Shown here piece by piece: positions 1-12,190 of a stretch of DNA of 64,000 bases (position 1 is the stretch's first letter; each line of letters starts with the position of its first letter). Location: NCBI RefSeq assembly GCF_009914755.1, contig NC_060934.1; one strand, written 5' to 3'. Position numbers and translations under genes: made by a program. This DNA is from the human T2T-CHM13v2.0 reference genome, Homo sapiens. The notes under the pieces are model-generated. The model was given only the letters and a program-made list of their open reading frames with translations. It had not been told where the DNA came from and searched no databases.

Positions 1-103
1 GCGGTGGAGGTTGCAGCGAGCCGAGATTGTGCCACTGCACTCCAGCCTGGGTGACAGAGCGAGACTGTCTCAAAAAAAAAAGAAAGAAAGAAAGAAAGAA
101 AAG
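1..103 (+). mobile_element. Alu, 3' end of right arm with A/(AAAG)n tail (truncated by window)
   Basis: GAGGTTGCAGCGAGCCGAGATTGTGCCACTGCACTCCAGCCTGGG...CTCAAAA. Confidence 0.95.
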
Positions 104-359
104 TATGCTTCAAATTCTGTGACATATCTGCCACCCATAGCAGAAAGATGCCCGCTTGGGAAAGCAGACCCCAGCAGATGCTCTTTGGGAAGAGGCCATT
201 ATCTGCCAGGGTGGGGGCCACACTATCCACCTTCAGTACTTGATTCCTGGTGGAGAGTGGGTTAATGAAGAATAGTGGAGAAGTAGGAGTGCTTGGTATC
301 CAGGTCCTTATAACTTACCAGGGTCTGCACGTGGACCAAATGTCCCTGCACGGAGCAGC

Positions 360-1100
360 GCCCATAAACAGATTACAGAACAGCCATTCGTTAATCCCAA
401 AACAGTTTTCTGTCAGTTAATTAGAAAATTCATCTTATTTTGCCTCCAGGCCCTGTAGCCTTATTGCATTTGCACATATTTCAAAATGTTTCAAGTACTG
501 ACCAGATAACATTAATGAATATATTAGATAGGCAAACGCTTTTAAACAAAAAATAATAAACATACTTGTGTGTATATATATAAAAAATGTTAATTTCGTC
601 TGGAGCCAAACAGGTAATTTTCCCCTCAGCATTTTTTCAGTCAGCTAAGACAGGTTGGCCTAGGAGTGCAGTCAGCCTGTCTGCAGTCTCTGGCTTGACT
701 TGCATACCAGGGTCAGAAACAGACAGCGAGATGATCTGATTGGCCCAAGTCCAGAGCATGCTCACAAGGGCTTCTTTGATGAAAGGGTTCTTGGTAAGTA
801 CTGTACCAAAAGCAGCCTGCCACCCTCCTTTCAAAGATACCCATTTAGAGTAATTCCCAGAAAGGAAAAAAACAGCGAGAAAAAGAGAGAGGGAGGGGAG
901 GAGAGGGAGAAAGAGCTGAACTACGGGATCACCGCAAGAATAATTATGCTCCGTGGCGTGGAGAAAGGGGTAAAAGTTATTACAAGTAAACTGTTGGATG
1001 TGGAACTAGCTGGTTGGCAACTCCACAGGCACATAAGGAATGTGCAATTAAGCTCATTAAAACATCATCATTATGCTTATCAATCTTTTTCCAAAAGGGG
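360..1100. promoter_or_regulatory. Candidate conserved enhancer with TCF/LEF, CCAAT and homeodomain motifs
   Basis: Repeat-free; CTTTGAT 774-780, TTCAAAG 830-836, ATTGG 739-743, CCATAAA 362-368, many TAAT cores. Confidence 0.35.
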
Positions 1101-1583
1101 TGGGGCGGGGCAGTGTGTTACGGCATGACTACTTTTGCAGATAAAGATCCCGGGCTACCTAGTTGCCTCTCTCAGCAAACAAAATCAGCCATTCAGTTCC
1201 ACGCAGCATTTACACTTAGGCAGGCTGGCTCCGACTACATGACACTGGAGTCATGCCTGCACTCTGGGGGAGGCATCCAGGAGGCTGTCTTCTCTCAGCG
1301 GGCATGCTTCCTTCTGCTGTGATCTCCATCAGAAAAGCCGGTCTTTATTAAACACCTACTACATGTCCAACACTGGTGTTCAGGAAAATTCAGAAATACT
1401 ACATATGATGGAAGCCCTGCCCTCTAGGTACTGTTAGCTTAGTTGGAGAGGTGAAATCTGGTCTATGAATCTAGAATATGTCATTAAAATATTTTTTTCT
1501 CTCTATTAGCCCCTAATAGGCCAATAGAGATATCCAGCAATAAAAGGCAAATGTAAGCCTGCTTTCTTTAAGATGTATCATTT

Positions 1584-1879
1584 GGCTGGGCACAGTGGCT
1601 CACACCTATAATCCTAGCACTTTAGGAGGCCGAGCCGGGAGAATCCCTGAGTCCCAGAGCTCAAAACCAGCCTGGGCAACATGGCAAAACCCTGTCTCTA
1701 CAAAAAGTACAAAAAATTAGTCAGGCATGGTGGTGTGCCTGTAGTCCCAGCTACTCAAGAGGCTGAGGTGGGAGGATCACTGGAGCTCAGGAGGTCAAGG
1801 CTGCAGTGAGCCGAAATTGCGCCACTGCACTCCAGCCTGGGTGACAGAGTGAGACCTTGCCTCAAAAAAAAAAAAAAAA
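1584..1879 (+). mobile_element. AluJ-type SINE
   Basis: Dimeric Alu with J-type GGAGGATCAC...GGCTGCAGTGAG; TSD AAGATG(T/C)ATCATT. Confidence 0.93.
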
Positions 1880-1892
1880 GATGCATCATTAT

Positions 1893-2075
1893 GCATTCAT
1901 TCAACAAATACTAATTCAGAGGCAGCCAAGTGTAGGCCTCCATTAGCTACTGTAGGTACAAGGGTGACCAAGCAGGACATGCCCTGGGCCTCACCCTGTA
2001 GCAGAGAGACAGTCAGTCAAGCATAACTTCCATGACACAAAATTGCTATGTGATGAGTGCTGGGAGGGAAGAGGA
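1893..2075 (-). mobile_element. L2 3' fragment
   Basis: CATTCATTCAACAAATA (reverse complement of the L2 3' tail) followed by L2-like sequence. Confidence 0.6.
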
Positions 2076-2166
2076 GTAACTATTCCACACACAACTTGCC
2101 CATTTTCCAACTTATTCCTGGAGGAAAAGCTCTTTTGCCTTTGCTTTCACCCTTTCTTTGTTGCTG

Positions 2167-2169
<3 letters not shown>

Positions 2170-2203
<34 letters not shown>

Positions 2204-2504
2204 GAGACATAGGCTTGCTCCATTGCCCAGGCTGGAGTGCAGTGACACCATCTCAGCTCACTGCAACCTCCGCCTCCCAGCTTCAAGCAATTCTTCCGCG
2301 TCAAGTGATTCTCCCGCCTCAGCCTCCTGAGTTACTGGGAATACAGGCACGGGCCACCACGCCAGACTAATTGTTTGTATTTTTTGTAGAGACGGGGTTT
2401 TGCCATGTTGGCCAGACTGGTTTCGAACTCATGGCCTCAAGTGATCTGCCCACCTCGTCCTGCCAAAGTGCTGGGATTACAGGCGTGAGTCACTGCGCCT
2501 GACC
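2170..2504 (-). mobile_element. AluS-type SINE with internal 18-bp duplication
   Basis: Poly(T) then antisense Alu; TSD TGTTGCT(G/T)TGATTT. Confidence 0.93.
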
Positions 2505-2860
2505 TGTTGCTTTGATTTTTTAATGACATTTTTAATATGACAGTAATATGTTTCTTTTTAAAAACTTGAAAACAGAAAAACTTTCAAAGAAAATAAAAAT
2601 CATCTGTAATCTGGCCACCCAAAGATACCCATTCTAACTTTTCAATATGTTTTCTTCCAATCTTTTGTTTTTGGTTTTTACAAAACATGCAAATAGAATT
2701 GTTGTTTACTTTTTCCACTTGACAGCATGTGAACATTTTATATGTTATAAACTATTGTTTAGGAGGTCTGCACAGTTTAATCTTCTACTGGATATTTTGT
2801 TTACAATTTTTCGTGATTATAAATAATATTGCCCTGAGCATCTTTGCATGTAAGTATTGT
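2505..2860 (-). mobile_element. Old L1M fragment
   Basis: AT-rich, L1 3'-UTR-like motifs (TGAGCATCTTTGCATGTAAG). Confidence 0.4.
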
Positions 2861-3189
2861 CATTTATTTCAATCTGACATATATTTGCAAATAGCAGTTA
2901 TGCAATAACTACCTGTAAAATAAGGTAGGATGTGACTGTAGGACCCACATTAGAGCTGCAGAAACCTGTGGAATGGGAAGTTCTCAGGATTAGCATGAAC
3001 AGGAAAGCTCATAGAGGAGGGGGGTCTTGCACAGGGTAGTAGAGTCTTTTAGAGTCCCATATTACTGCAGATTTTCTCAAAACCCCCAGCCTGCACTTTC
3101 TTCTCATCATCTCTAAGGAGTATCTCTCTATCTCTGCCAGCTCAGGCCTGGCAACCTCCACCACCTATGTCTACCCCTCATCTCAAGCT

Positions 3190-3370
3190 CTAGTGCATTG
3201 ATCCACAAACATTTGTCTACTCCAGGATCACCTGGGGTACAGGTTAAAAAGACTCCTGGACACCATCCTAGACCTGCTAAATCAGAACCCGTGGCACAGG
3301 GTTCAGGAATCTACATTTTTAAATGCACCCCAAAGTGATTCCAGGGCAAGACATCCAAGACCCAATGCTG
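3190..3370. mobile_element. MER5-type hAT-Charlie MITE
   Basis: GATCACCTGGG...TTAAAA...AGACCTGCTAAATCAGAA...AGGAATCTACATTTTTAA...CCCCAAAGTGATTCC. Confidence 0.7.
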
Positions 3371-3409
3371 CAAGAGGAAGTGCTGGTTGCAGCCACAAAG
3401 GCTGGCACT

Positions 3410-3650
3410 CGGTATTCAAGAGCAAGGGCTTGGGCTGAGAAGTGTGGGATCAGGCTCTGGCCCTGCCATTCACCACTTTGTGGCCTTGGGCCATTCCCCT
3501 TGCTTACTGAGTCTGTTTCCTCTTCTGTAAAAGGAAGATCATAATAGAAAATCCCTCCAAGTGTGGTTGTGAAGACTGAATGAGGTGCTTATGGATGGCC
3601 CAGCCCATGCCCCATTCTCAATGCATGTTTTGGTAGTTGTTATTATTTTC
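3410..3650 (+). mobile_element. MIR
   Basis: Core CTGTTTCCTCTTCTGTAAAA...GGTTGTGAAGACTGAATGAG. Confidence 0.7.
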
Positions 3651-3666
3651 ATACACATCATTGCTT

Positions 3667-3769
3667 TTTAAGGCATGAGCAGCAGGTAGGCATCTTCCTT
3701 TCGAAACCAGCCGGGGCAACATGGCATCTACAAGGTAGGCATCTTCCTACCTGCTGCTCATGCTTTAAA
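3667..3769. repeat. Inverted repeat (24-bp arms, 1 mismatch) with a 16-bp direct repeat and an Alu-derived 33-mer in the loop
   Basis: TTTAAGGCATGAGCAGCAGGTAGG (3667-3690) vs CCTACCTGCTGCTCATGCTTTAAA (3746-3769). Confidence 0.9.
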
Positions 3770-4963
3770 GAGAAACGATATGAGCCTTTTATCTTGGCTG
3801 GAGCTGAGTTCACCAATGACACCCTGTGCTGTGAAAGTGGCCTCAGAGATGAGTCTCCTGCCCTGTTCCCTCCCAGGCCTCCCCTGCCTCCCTACCCCAG
3901 CCGGCTACCAGAGGGGAGGTCTTTGGTGGCATCTGATTGGTAGAAATGCATCCTTGGTTGGGAGCCAAGTTAAGCTACAGTGAGAGAGAAAAAGAAGCCC
4001 GAGGCAATGCTGATGTGGAGAGGTGTGACTGGAGAAACTCCAGGACCCTTCACCAGAGGAAGCCAGCTTGAACTTTCATTCCTGGTTTGATCAAGATAGT
4101 GTAAAAATGGACCCCAAAGGTCTTCAGATGGAAAACTAGGTTTTAGGTTTCACTTATGAGCTGTAGTTAAAGCCAAATGCTCATTCCACTCAAATTGTGT
4201 GGGTGGATCACTTTCCTCCCACTGTTGAAGTATCATGTTTTGAGCTGCTAATAAACTTAATAAAATCCATTTCTTATTTCCCCGAGCGTATAGAGTTCGT
4301 TCACATGCCTACCGAACCAACGTTTAGCGACACTGCGTTAGAAAGTATTTTTGTTGGAAACACAACGGACACAGTTCAATTGCAAAACACTTTTCAAACA
4401 AGCTTCTTTTCTCCAGTCTCCAGCTTGCAGAGAGCCATCTGAATTCAGGGAATCCTCCCAGTCAACCATAACACCTACACAAAGTATGAAGGAATTCCGT
4501 TTTATTGGTTCAAGAAGCAGATTCAAAGGAACTGCATGCTTTTCTCCTCCCACGGAAGCTCCCACCTGCCCTTCCCCAGCCCCCTTCCCACCCCACAAGT
4601 CTCCCATTGCCACTGATGGCTCACTGTTCCAGCACTCCAGGTCTGCCTGGATCAGAAGACATAGGGTATATTTCAGGGTCTAACCAACCCCACATATTCT
4701 CGGAGTGAGGGGTGATTGAATGTGGATGCTGTAATTAAACAAGACAAACAAAAACACACATCTGAGAAGTGACGGGGCAGTTTGGGATGGGAGAACAATT
4801 CCCATCAATTCCCAATGGGGAATACTGGAACCATCTCAGCCTGGGTTGCAAATAGCCAGAAATGAAGAAGAGGGATAGGGAAGATATAAACACAGAAAAA
4901 TATATGGGAGTCCACACGAAGAACTAGAATCTAGGGAGGTAGATGTTTGAACAATTTCAAACA

Positions 4964-5287
4964 CAGTAGTTCTCCCTTATCCAAGGGGGATACGTTCCAA
5001 GACCGCCAGTGGATGCCTGAAAGCTTGAACCATGGATAGTACTAAGCCCTATTTATGCTGTTTTTCCCTGTACATGTATACCTTTGATAAAGTGTAATTT
5101 ATAAATTAGGCACAGTAAGAGATTAACAGCAATAACTAAGAGTAAAATAGAACAATTGTAACAATATACTGTAATAAAAATTCGGTGAATATGGTCTCTC
5201 TCTCTCTCTCAAAATGTCTTAGTATCTTTCAGACCTTGGGTAACTGAAACTGCAGAAAGCGAAACCATGGATAAGAGGAGACTACTA
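4964..5287 (-). mobile_element. MER44A-like (Tigger7, TcMar) MITE
   Basis: Terminal inverted repeats CAGTAGTTCTCCCTTATCCA / TGGATAAGAGGAGACTACTA; TA after the right end; internal AAATTAGGCACAGTAAGAGATTAACA typical of MER44. Confidence 0.8.
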
Positions 5288-5426
5288 TATCCTGTTCTAT
5301 TCTAAAATGTTAAAACCTAGTGTTGAGACTCATCACAATTTGTTATGTCTGTGATACTTTTATTACCAGCGTGTGTGTGTTGGGTCAAGGACCAAGATGA
5401 GATTTTATTTTATTATAAGAAAAACC

Positions 5427-5770
<344 letters not shown>

Positions 5771-6586
5771 TTAACTTCACATTTGATTTAAGAATGCAGA
5801 AATCGGACATAGAACCCTTGTCAGCACTGCTTTATTTTAGTGATAATTGAACCAATTATATACGTGAGCATTTAACTTTTTTTATTTTCAAGGCTGAAAA
5901 AATTAAAGTCAACCTCTTACTCAGGCTCATGCATACCATGGACTGTATGTCTTGAGGAATCCGCTGCTATTTAACGAAGTGATTGTGAGATCTTTGCTCT
6001 TCTGTGAGGTGAAAAACTAGAAAATTGCAATGCCATGCCCATGTTTGCTGAAGTGATCACCCTTAGATTCTGTGGGGCTTATCTCTTGGTATAATCAGCA
6101 TGGCCCTCTTAAATAGAGCTGTCTTAAAAACACAGATCTACTGGTAAGGTTTGTTTTAATTTCGGTCTAACAGCCTTAGGATTACCCCTCAAGACTATAT
6201 CGTCAGGCTTTTGTACAAACAAGGAGCTTACACAAAACTCCCATTATGATGGTGGTTTGAGGGGAGGAAAAAGCCTTGTTTGCTTGATTGAGTTATGATT
6301 GTATAGGGAACAAATAAAGGCTTTCTTTCCTTAAACATAACAATTATGTCTTACTCTCACTAATAATGCCACATTTTCTTTTAAAAAAATATTTACACAG
6401 CCTGACGTTATTCTTAATGTCAATGCAATGTGTTACCTCTAAGTTAAAATCCAGTTTTAATCCTATAAGCTAGAAAAATAAGTTCGATTTTACACAACTG
6501 AGTTTGGAAACTGCTGATTCTGTTGCTGTATTTATTACCAGTGCTTGTTCTCTTTCCCTCCTGCTCTCCCTCCTCTCTCTTTCTTT

Positions 6587-6589
<3 letters not shown>

Positions 6590-6620
<31 letters not shown>
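6590..6620 (+). repeat. (TG)~15 microsatellite preceded by a CT-rich tract
   Basis: Direct reading. Confidence 0.95.
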
Positions 6621-6624
<4 letters not shown>

Positions 6625-7963
6625 ATATGAATATATTAATATATGTATATGCTGATCTTGTATCTTTGTGTATCTATACACGTAGCAATCTTGTTCTTGC
6701 CATAAGAAACTATCTTATTTTGTTTTCTGAATATCTACTCCGCGATCTGAGTAAATAAAGTCTTTTACAGTGAACTGATTTACAGCAGTCCTGGACAGCA
6801 TTATGCTTTCCCCTCCAAAGAAGTTAAATGGCTGTTCTTTGACAGTTGTTGCACTGGATACATTACAGTTTCATTTACTAGATTTTATTTAAAATCTCTC
6901 TTAAATAAAAATGGATGGGAAAGCTTTGTTGCTGGGTAAATATGTTATTTCAGCCAAGGGTGGCCAAACACTGGCATCGCGGTTACTTCAGGTCTTATTT
7001 CACATGGCTTCAAGGGCTACAGCCCCCTTCTCTGCAGTTGGGCTCATAGGGGATGCTAGAGCCAGTGTTTCAGATGCAGCTCTGTAGCTACAAGGTGTAA
7101 AGGGTGAGGGCCAAAAAAGAACAAAAAAAGTGAAATCAGGGGTGAAGTTGGACAAAAGTAGGCTGAGAACTTTTTTTTTTCTCCTGAATGGAAAGCAGGT
7201 AGTAATCCAGAAACACGAAGACAGAGAGGTTCCTACGAATTGGAATAGAAGCCGTAGTTAAAGCTTCCTAAAGTGCATTTGAAATTACTTTGGCCCTATA
7301 TTAGAAACGGAGTGCTTTTTGAGTTTTCCAAATCCATCTTTAAATATTAGTTTCTGCAAGTATATTTGGGCAGGAGATTTGAGTTAGGATATTATAACTT
7401 CAACAGGACTGACTAATTTTAATCAGCTAATTTGGCATTTAAAAAGGACTACAGGTCATTGTAATTATGCAAGGGATATGCAGTCATTAGCGTCAGTATT
7501 CCAATTTCTCATTAATATCTACCCGGAAGAGAGTTGTTGAATATGAGGCTATCACCACTGCCTGAAAATGAACATTTTCACTTGAAAATGTAGCTTACTT
7601 TCCCTCCCAGCTACTTCCAGAATTGATTTCCGTGCTGGGCCTGGACAGCAGTTCCCTTTAGATTTCAGGGCCATGTTTCACATACTTGTAATGGATCAAG
7701 ACATTTAAATCTCACGGATCCAGCTCAGCACAACCAAAAGATCTGGGCCAATGCTAGTTTTAAATATATATATAACAAGAGCCACAGCTGAAAGATGTTT
7801 CTGCATAGCCTCAACCCCTACCTTTTGGCACCAAAAACTCCATACCCAGACAGCCCCTGCCACTTGGCTCTGGACTCAGAAACCTATTAGTGGTACCAGT
7901 TTGGTGAGTAGAGAATGAATAACTGAGCATGTGGCCTCTTAGTAGACTTAAAATGTACCACTG

Positions 7964-8275
7964 GGCCAGGCGCAGTGGCTCACACCTGTAATCCCAAAGG
8001 CCTGTAATCCCAGCACTTTGGGAGGTCGAGGCGGGCGGATCACAAGGTCAGGAGATCGAGACCATCCTGGCTAACACGGTGAAACCCTGTCTGTACTAAA
8101 AATACAAAAAATTAGCCGGGCATGGTGGCAGGCGCCTGTAGTCCCAGCTACTCGGGAGGCTGAGGCAGGAGAATGGGTGAACCCGGGAGGCAGAGCTTGC
8201 AGTGAGCAGAGATCACGCCACTGCACTCCAGCCTGGGCTACAGAGCGAGACACCATCTCAAAAAAAAAAAAAAAA
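7964..8275 (+). mobile_element. AluY with internal duplication of CCTGTAATCCCA
   Basis: Y diagnostics GAGATCGAGACCATCCTGGCTAACACGG and GAGCTTGCAGTGAG; TSD AAA(T/G)GTACCACTG. Confidence 0.93.
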
Positions 8276-9319
8276 GGTACCACTGGCCTTTGTTACAAGT
8301 CTGATGTCCAGGCATAATTTTACATGCCTCACCTGCACTAAGGTGATGAGGTTGAATTGAGTTCTTGCTTCTTTTCTGCCCGTTTATACTAAGAGCATGT
8401 TGCCCTGCTTTATAGCTCTGAGAAGTAAATATAATGGCCTGGTGGCATTTACAATCCTGCTTCGCTGAGTTGTGAGACTTCGTAGCCCTGTGTTTGGGAG
8501 TTTTGTACAATATATTGATATAAGCTCTCTTGGTTTGGGACCTATTTTATCCTTCATCTCAGTCTAGCTCTCGGGTGTTGTTTTATTAAAATGCACATCG
8601 AGGTCATTGAGTTTCTGCCTTTGACCTCTAGCCTCACCCTTTTTCTGCCCACCACCATATAACACGAAGAACATGTGGTAAACTGGGTGCCAATCAGACA
8701 CTGCTTCACTGGCATCTACAAACATCACCTGATCTCAATCGGTTTATCTGTCTGATTCACGCCAGAGCACCCTCTCCAGAAAACAGCATCCCAAGAATAT
8801 GTACAGTTTCAGGGAGAGAAAAAGAGAGAGGTGGAAGGAAATATTTTAAATAGTTGCAATCATGCCTGCAATGACTGTCTCCCACATCCCTGGGAGTTGT
8901 TTAGAGATCCCCAACAGACTGATGCCCGACCTATAGCAATGAGGATGGCGGCCCCCATTCATGGACATGGCGCCCTCTGGAATCCTTAGTTAAGGGTAGG
9001 GATTTTATCTCTCCTGTGCCAGCAGTGTTTGGATGTGGTTTGCATGCATGCGGTCAGTTACCAGCTACTTAACCCCAATCAGTGCCTGCGGTACTTGATG
9101 TGTCGGTCATTGCAGCCAGTTGCAGAAATTCTTGATTTTCGGTGGAAATGGAGGAGACTTGCGGTGTGGTTAACCCAAAACAGTGAATAATGCAAGAGTC
9201 ATCTTTTGAGAATTATCTTTAGTTGGTTCTGTGTTTACAAAAGTGCTTCGCCTTCCTAGTTATATTTTGCTTAAACCAATGTGGTGTTTAAAAATGTTAT
9301 TGTTAATTCTCTGTTTTAT

Positions 9320-9990
9320 ATAGAGTGATATACTGAAAAAAATTTGAAAATTATAGGGAATTGTGAAGAAAATAAAGACCACCATACTGACACCATTAAT
9401 AGTGCTTTTGCTGAGTATCTGTCTAGACATTTTTCTCTGGATATATACCTGTATAAATATAAATTTTTAATTAAGTTGAGCTTTTTCATTTTACTTAGTA
9501 TTTTGAGCCTGGTTAATGTTAACATTGTGATCATGGTTAATTCTACATCAATTAATTCATCTCAGCGTCATCATTTTTGTTGTCTGCATGGTAGTTAGTG
9601 TTGTCAGCGCACCACAATTTGCTCATACAAATCTGTATTAGTGAATATTTGCATTATTTTAAAATTAGAGTTAACCATGTTATAATTTATACCCTTGTAC
9701 ATACATATACCTGTGTGCAGAGGTACTAATATATCCTTAGAGTTAATGACTAAGGGTGGCATTGCTGGGTCATTTTACATTTTCAAAATGATGACAAACT
9801 GCATTTCAGAAAAGCTACTCAAACCCACATTGCTACAACAGCAATGATCCCCATGTCCTGGTTGGATATTATAATTCCCTTTCATCTTTGCTAACTTGAG
9901 AAGTGAAAGGGAAATGACATCATATTATTATACCTGTTTCCTAGTTTACTAATTGAATTTGAGTGTGCTAAAATACCATTTCAATTTCTT
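9320..9990 (-). mobile_element. Old L1M fragment
   Basis: Antisense L1 3'-region motifs (ATTGCTGGGTCA...CAAACTGCATTTCAGAAAAG). Confidence 0.55.
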
Positions 9991-10015
9991 GCTTTGTAAA
10001 TTACTAGTTTGTATG

Positions 10016-10046
<31 letters not shown>

Positions 10047-10329
10047 TGAGACGGAGTCTCGCTCTGTCACCCAGGCTGGAGTGCAGTTGGCACAATCTTG
10101 GCTTACTGCAGCCTCCACCTCCTGGTTTCAAGCACTTCACCTGCCTCAGCTTCCCACGTAGCTGAGATTACAGGCGCCCGCCACCACACCCAGCTAATTT
10201 TTGTATTTTTGGTAGAGGCAGGATTTCACCATTTTGGCCAGGCTGGTTTTGAACTTCTGGCCTCAAGTGATCTGCCCACCTCGGCCTCCCAAAGTGCTGA
10301 GATTACAGGCATGAGCCACCTCACCTGGT
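10016..10329 (-). mobile_element. AluS with (TTTTG)n tail
   Basis: Antisense dimeric Alu. Confidence 0.93.
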
Positions 10330-10359
10330 GTGTTTTTCCTTTTAAGCATTACATTTATG

Positions 10360-10990
10360 TTTAATTTATTGAAAAATATTTATTGAGCACCAATTACATG
10401 CTAAACACTGCTAGGTGCTGGGGAAATATTGGTGAGCAAAAGGGACACAGTTTCTGCCCTTAGTATAGTGGGGGAAACAGACATTAATCAAATAATCGCA
10501 CAAATTTGAAAGTAATTGTGATGACTGTTATGAAGGAGAGCTTCATGGTGCAGTGGAACTAGATGATAAGTAAGTGGTTCTCAAACTTTAGCAGGCACCA
10601 GAATCCCCTGGAGGGATTGTTAAAACAAAGCCCAGATGTCTGGGCCCTACCCCAGAGTTTCTGTGTCTAACCTATCTCTCTGTGATGCTAACGACGCCAG
10701 TCCAGAGACCACACCTGGAGAAGCTGTGGTCTAGAGATTTTACCTTGACAGGAGTCCAAGGCAGGTTGATGAAAAAGTGAGACATGAGCTGAGGTATGAA
10801 GGCATTACCTAGATGCTTCTGTCACAGAAAAGAGCTTATGCAAGAGCCCTGTGGTGGAAGTGGGCAGAGGACAAGAGACAGAATTAGGCCAGTGTGTCTG
10901 GAGAAGCAAGAGAAAGGAGAGAGTGGTATGAGGTCAGGGCCAGACCTATAGGTGTAGTAGCACGTGCTAAGGAATGTTAAGGCCTTTTGA
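10360..10990 (-). mobile_element. L2 fragment interrupted by MER5A
   Basis: AATATTTATTGAGCACC...TGCTAGGTGCTGGG; continues after 10735 (GAGCTGAG...GCAAGAGCCCTGTGGTGG). Confidence 0.65.
10572..10735. mobile_element. MER5A hAT-Charlie MITE
   Basis: AGTGGTTCTCAAACTTTAGC...CAGAATCCCCTGGAGGG...TTGTTAAAACA...GACCACACCTGGAGAAGC. Confidence 0.75.
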
Positions 10991-11959
10991 CAAGGTTAAG
11001 CATAAAAGGAGACATTAGGCAATAAAGAAGGCGTTCCGTGGAAAGAAACACAAGTCAAAGTTTAAAACTGACTACAAGCAATGCAACAAGTGTGGAAATT
11101 ATACATAAATAAGGTTAAGTTCAACAGATGGTAGCCAGTACTTTCAAAGATAAAAATAATTATTATGGAGTTACTTTAAATTTTTGTTTATAAACTTTGC
11201 TAAATTCAGTTAAGAGCTGTGTATAAACTTAAGTTCCAATATAATTTTAGATTTGTTAGTTAGAAAGAAGCTGTTTCTGCAAGAATTGGTATCTGATTCT
11301 TACCTGCTGGTTGCTCCAGACAACCTCACTTGAAGAGGAAACCATTGCATTCAAATTAATAGTCAATAGGAAAATCAGGAACTAGATTCTCCTTGGAAGA
11401 AATGCTAGTATACTTCAAAGAGGAGAGAAAAATACTTGCTTCAGATTAACAAAAAATGCTCAAGGAATATGGTCCAAAGAACTAAAATCTCCCATTGGAT
11501 TCCTACCATAGGGAAGAGAAAGTGATGACTTTAGCAAGGGTGCTGGAAAACAGGTCTTGTATGCATCTTCATAAACCTTTTCCTTAGTTAGCTGGGGGCA
11601 AAGGAAATTTAACATAGCATAGGTATTCTAAGTATTTACAAGTACTTTAAGAAGTTGTGAGACTGGTTTAGTGGCAGGTAACTTGGATGAGATGGAAGCT
11701 AAGGATTTCTTCATTTGAAGCTATAAAGGGACAAAAGAAATAAGATCCGTGCCAATTGTGGTTTAGTGAGAAAAACGTAGCAATAGTACATTCAGGTGTT
11801 AGTTATTTAAATCTTGCTCCATATATATTACATATCCTTCAAAGCAGAGTTTAAAGCCACTGATTTCTTAGCCATGTGAGTTTTTATTCTTTAAAAGGGA
11901 AATGATTTCATCAGCTTCCCAATCTGTGGCTTAAAGTTGACTTTTCAATCCATATTGGA

Positions 11960-12190
11960 ATAATAGTAATAGCTAGCATTTATTGAGTGCCTTACTGTGT
12001 GTCAGGTACTGTGCTAAGCTCTTATATGTGTTAGCGCATTTTAATTCTCACAGCAATCTTTGGGTAAGTAGTTTTATCATCTCCTGCTACAGATGGTAAG
12101 GCCAAGGCCCAAAGTCATGAACTAGTAAGTGGAGATCCTGGAATTTGAATCCAGCTGGTCTGACCTCAGAGCCCATACTCTTAATCATTT
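11960..12190 (-). mobile_element. MIR
   Basis: AGCATTTATTGAGTGCCTTACTGTGTGTCAGGTACTGTGCTAAG...GGAATTTGAATCCAG. Confidence 0.8.

Noticed and set aside
700-1128. 142-aa ORF
   Set aside because: Non-ATG (TTG) start, low-complexity purine tract, no homology recognised
3667-3769. Annotated pre-miRNA
   Set aside because: Not recognised as a known miRNA and the 55-nt loop is atypical; kept only as a structural finding
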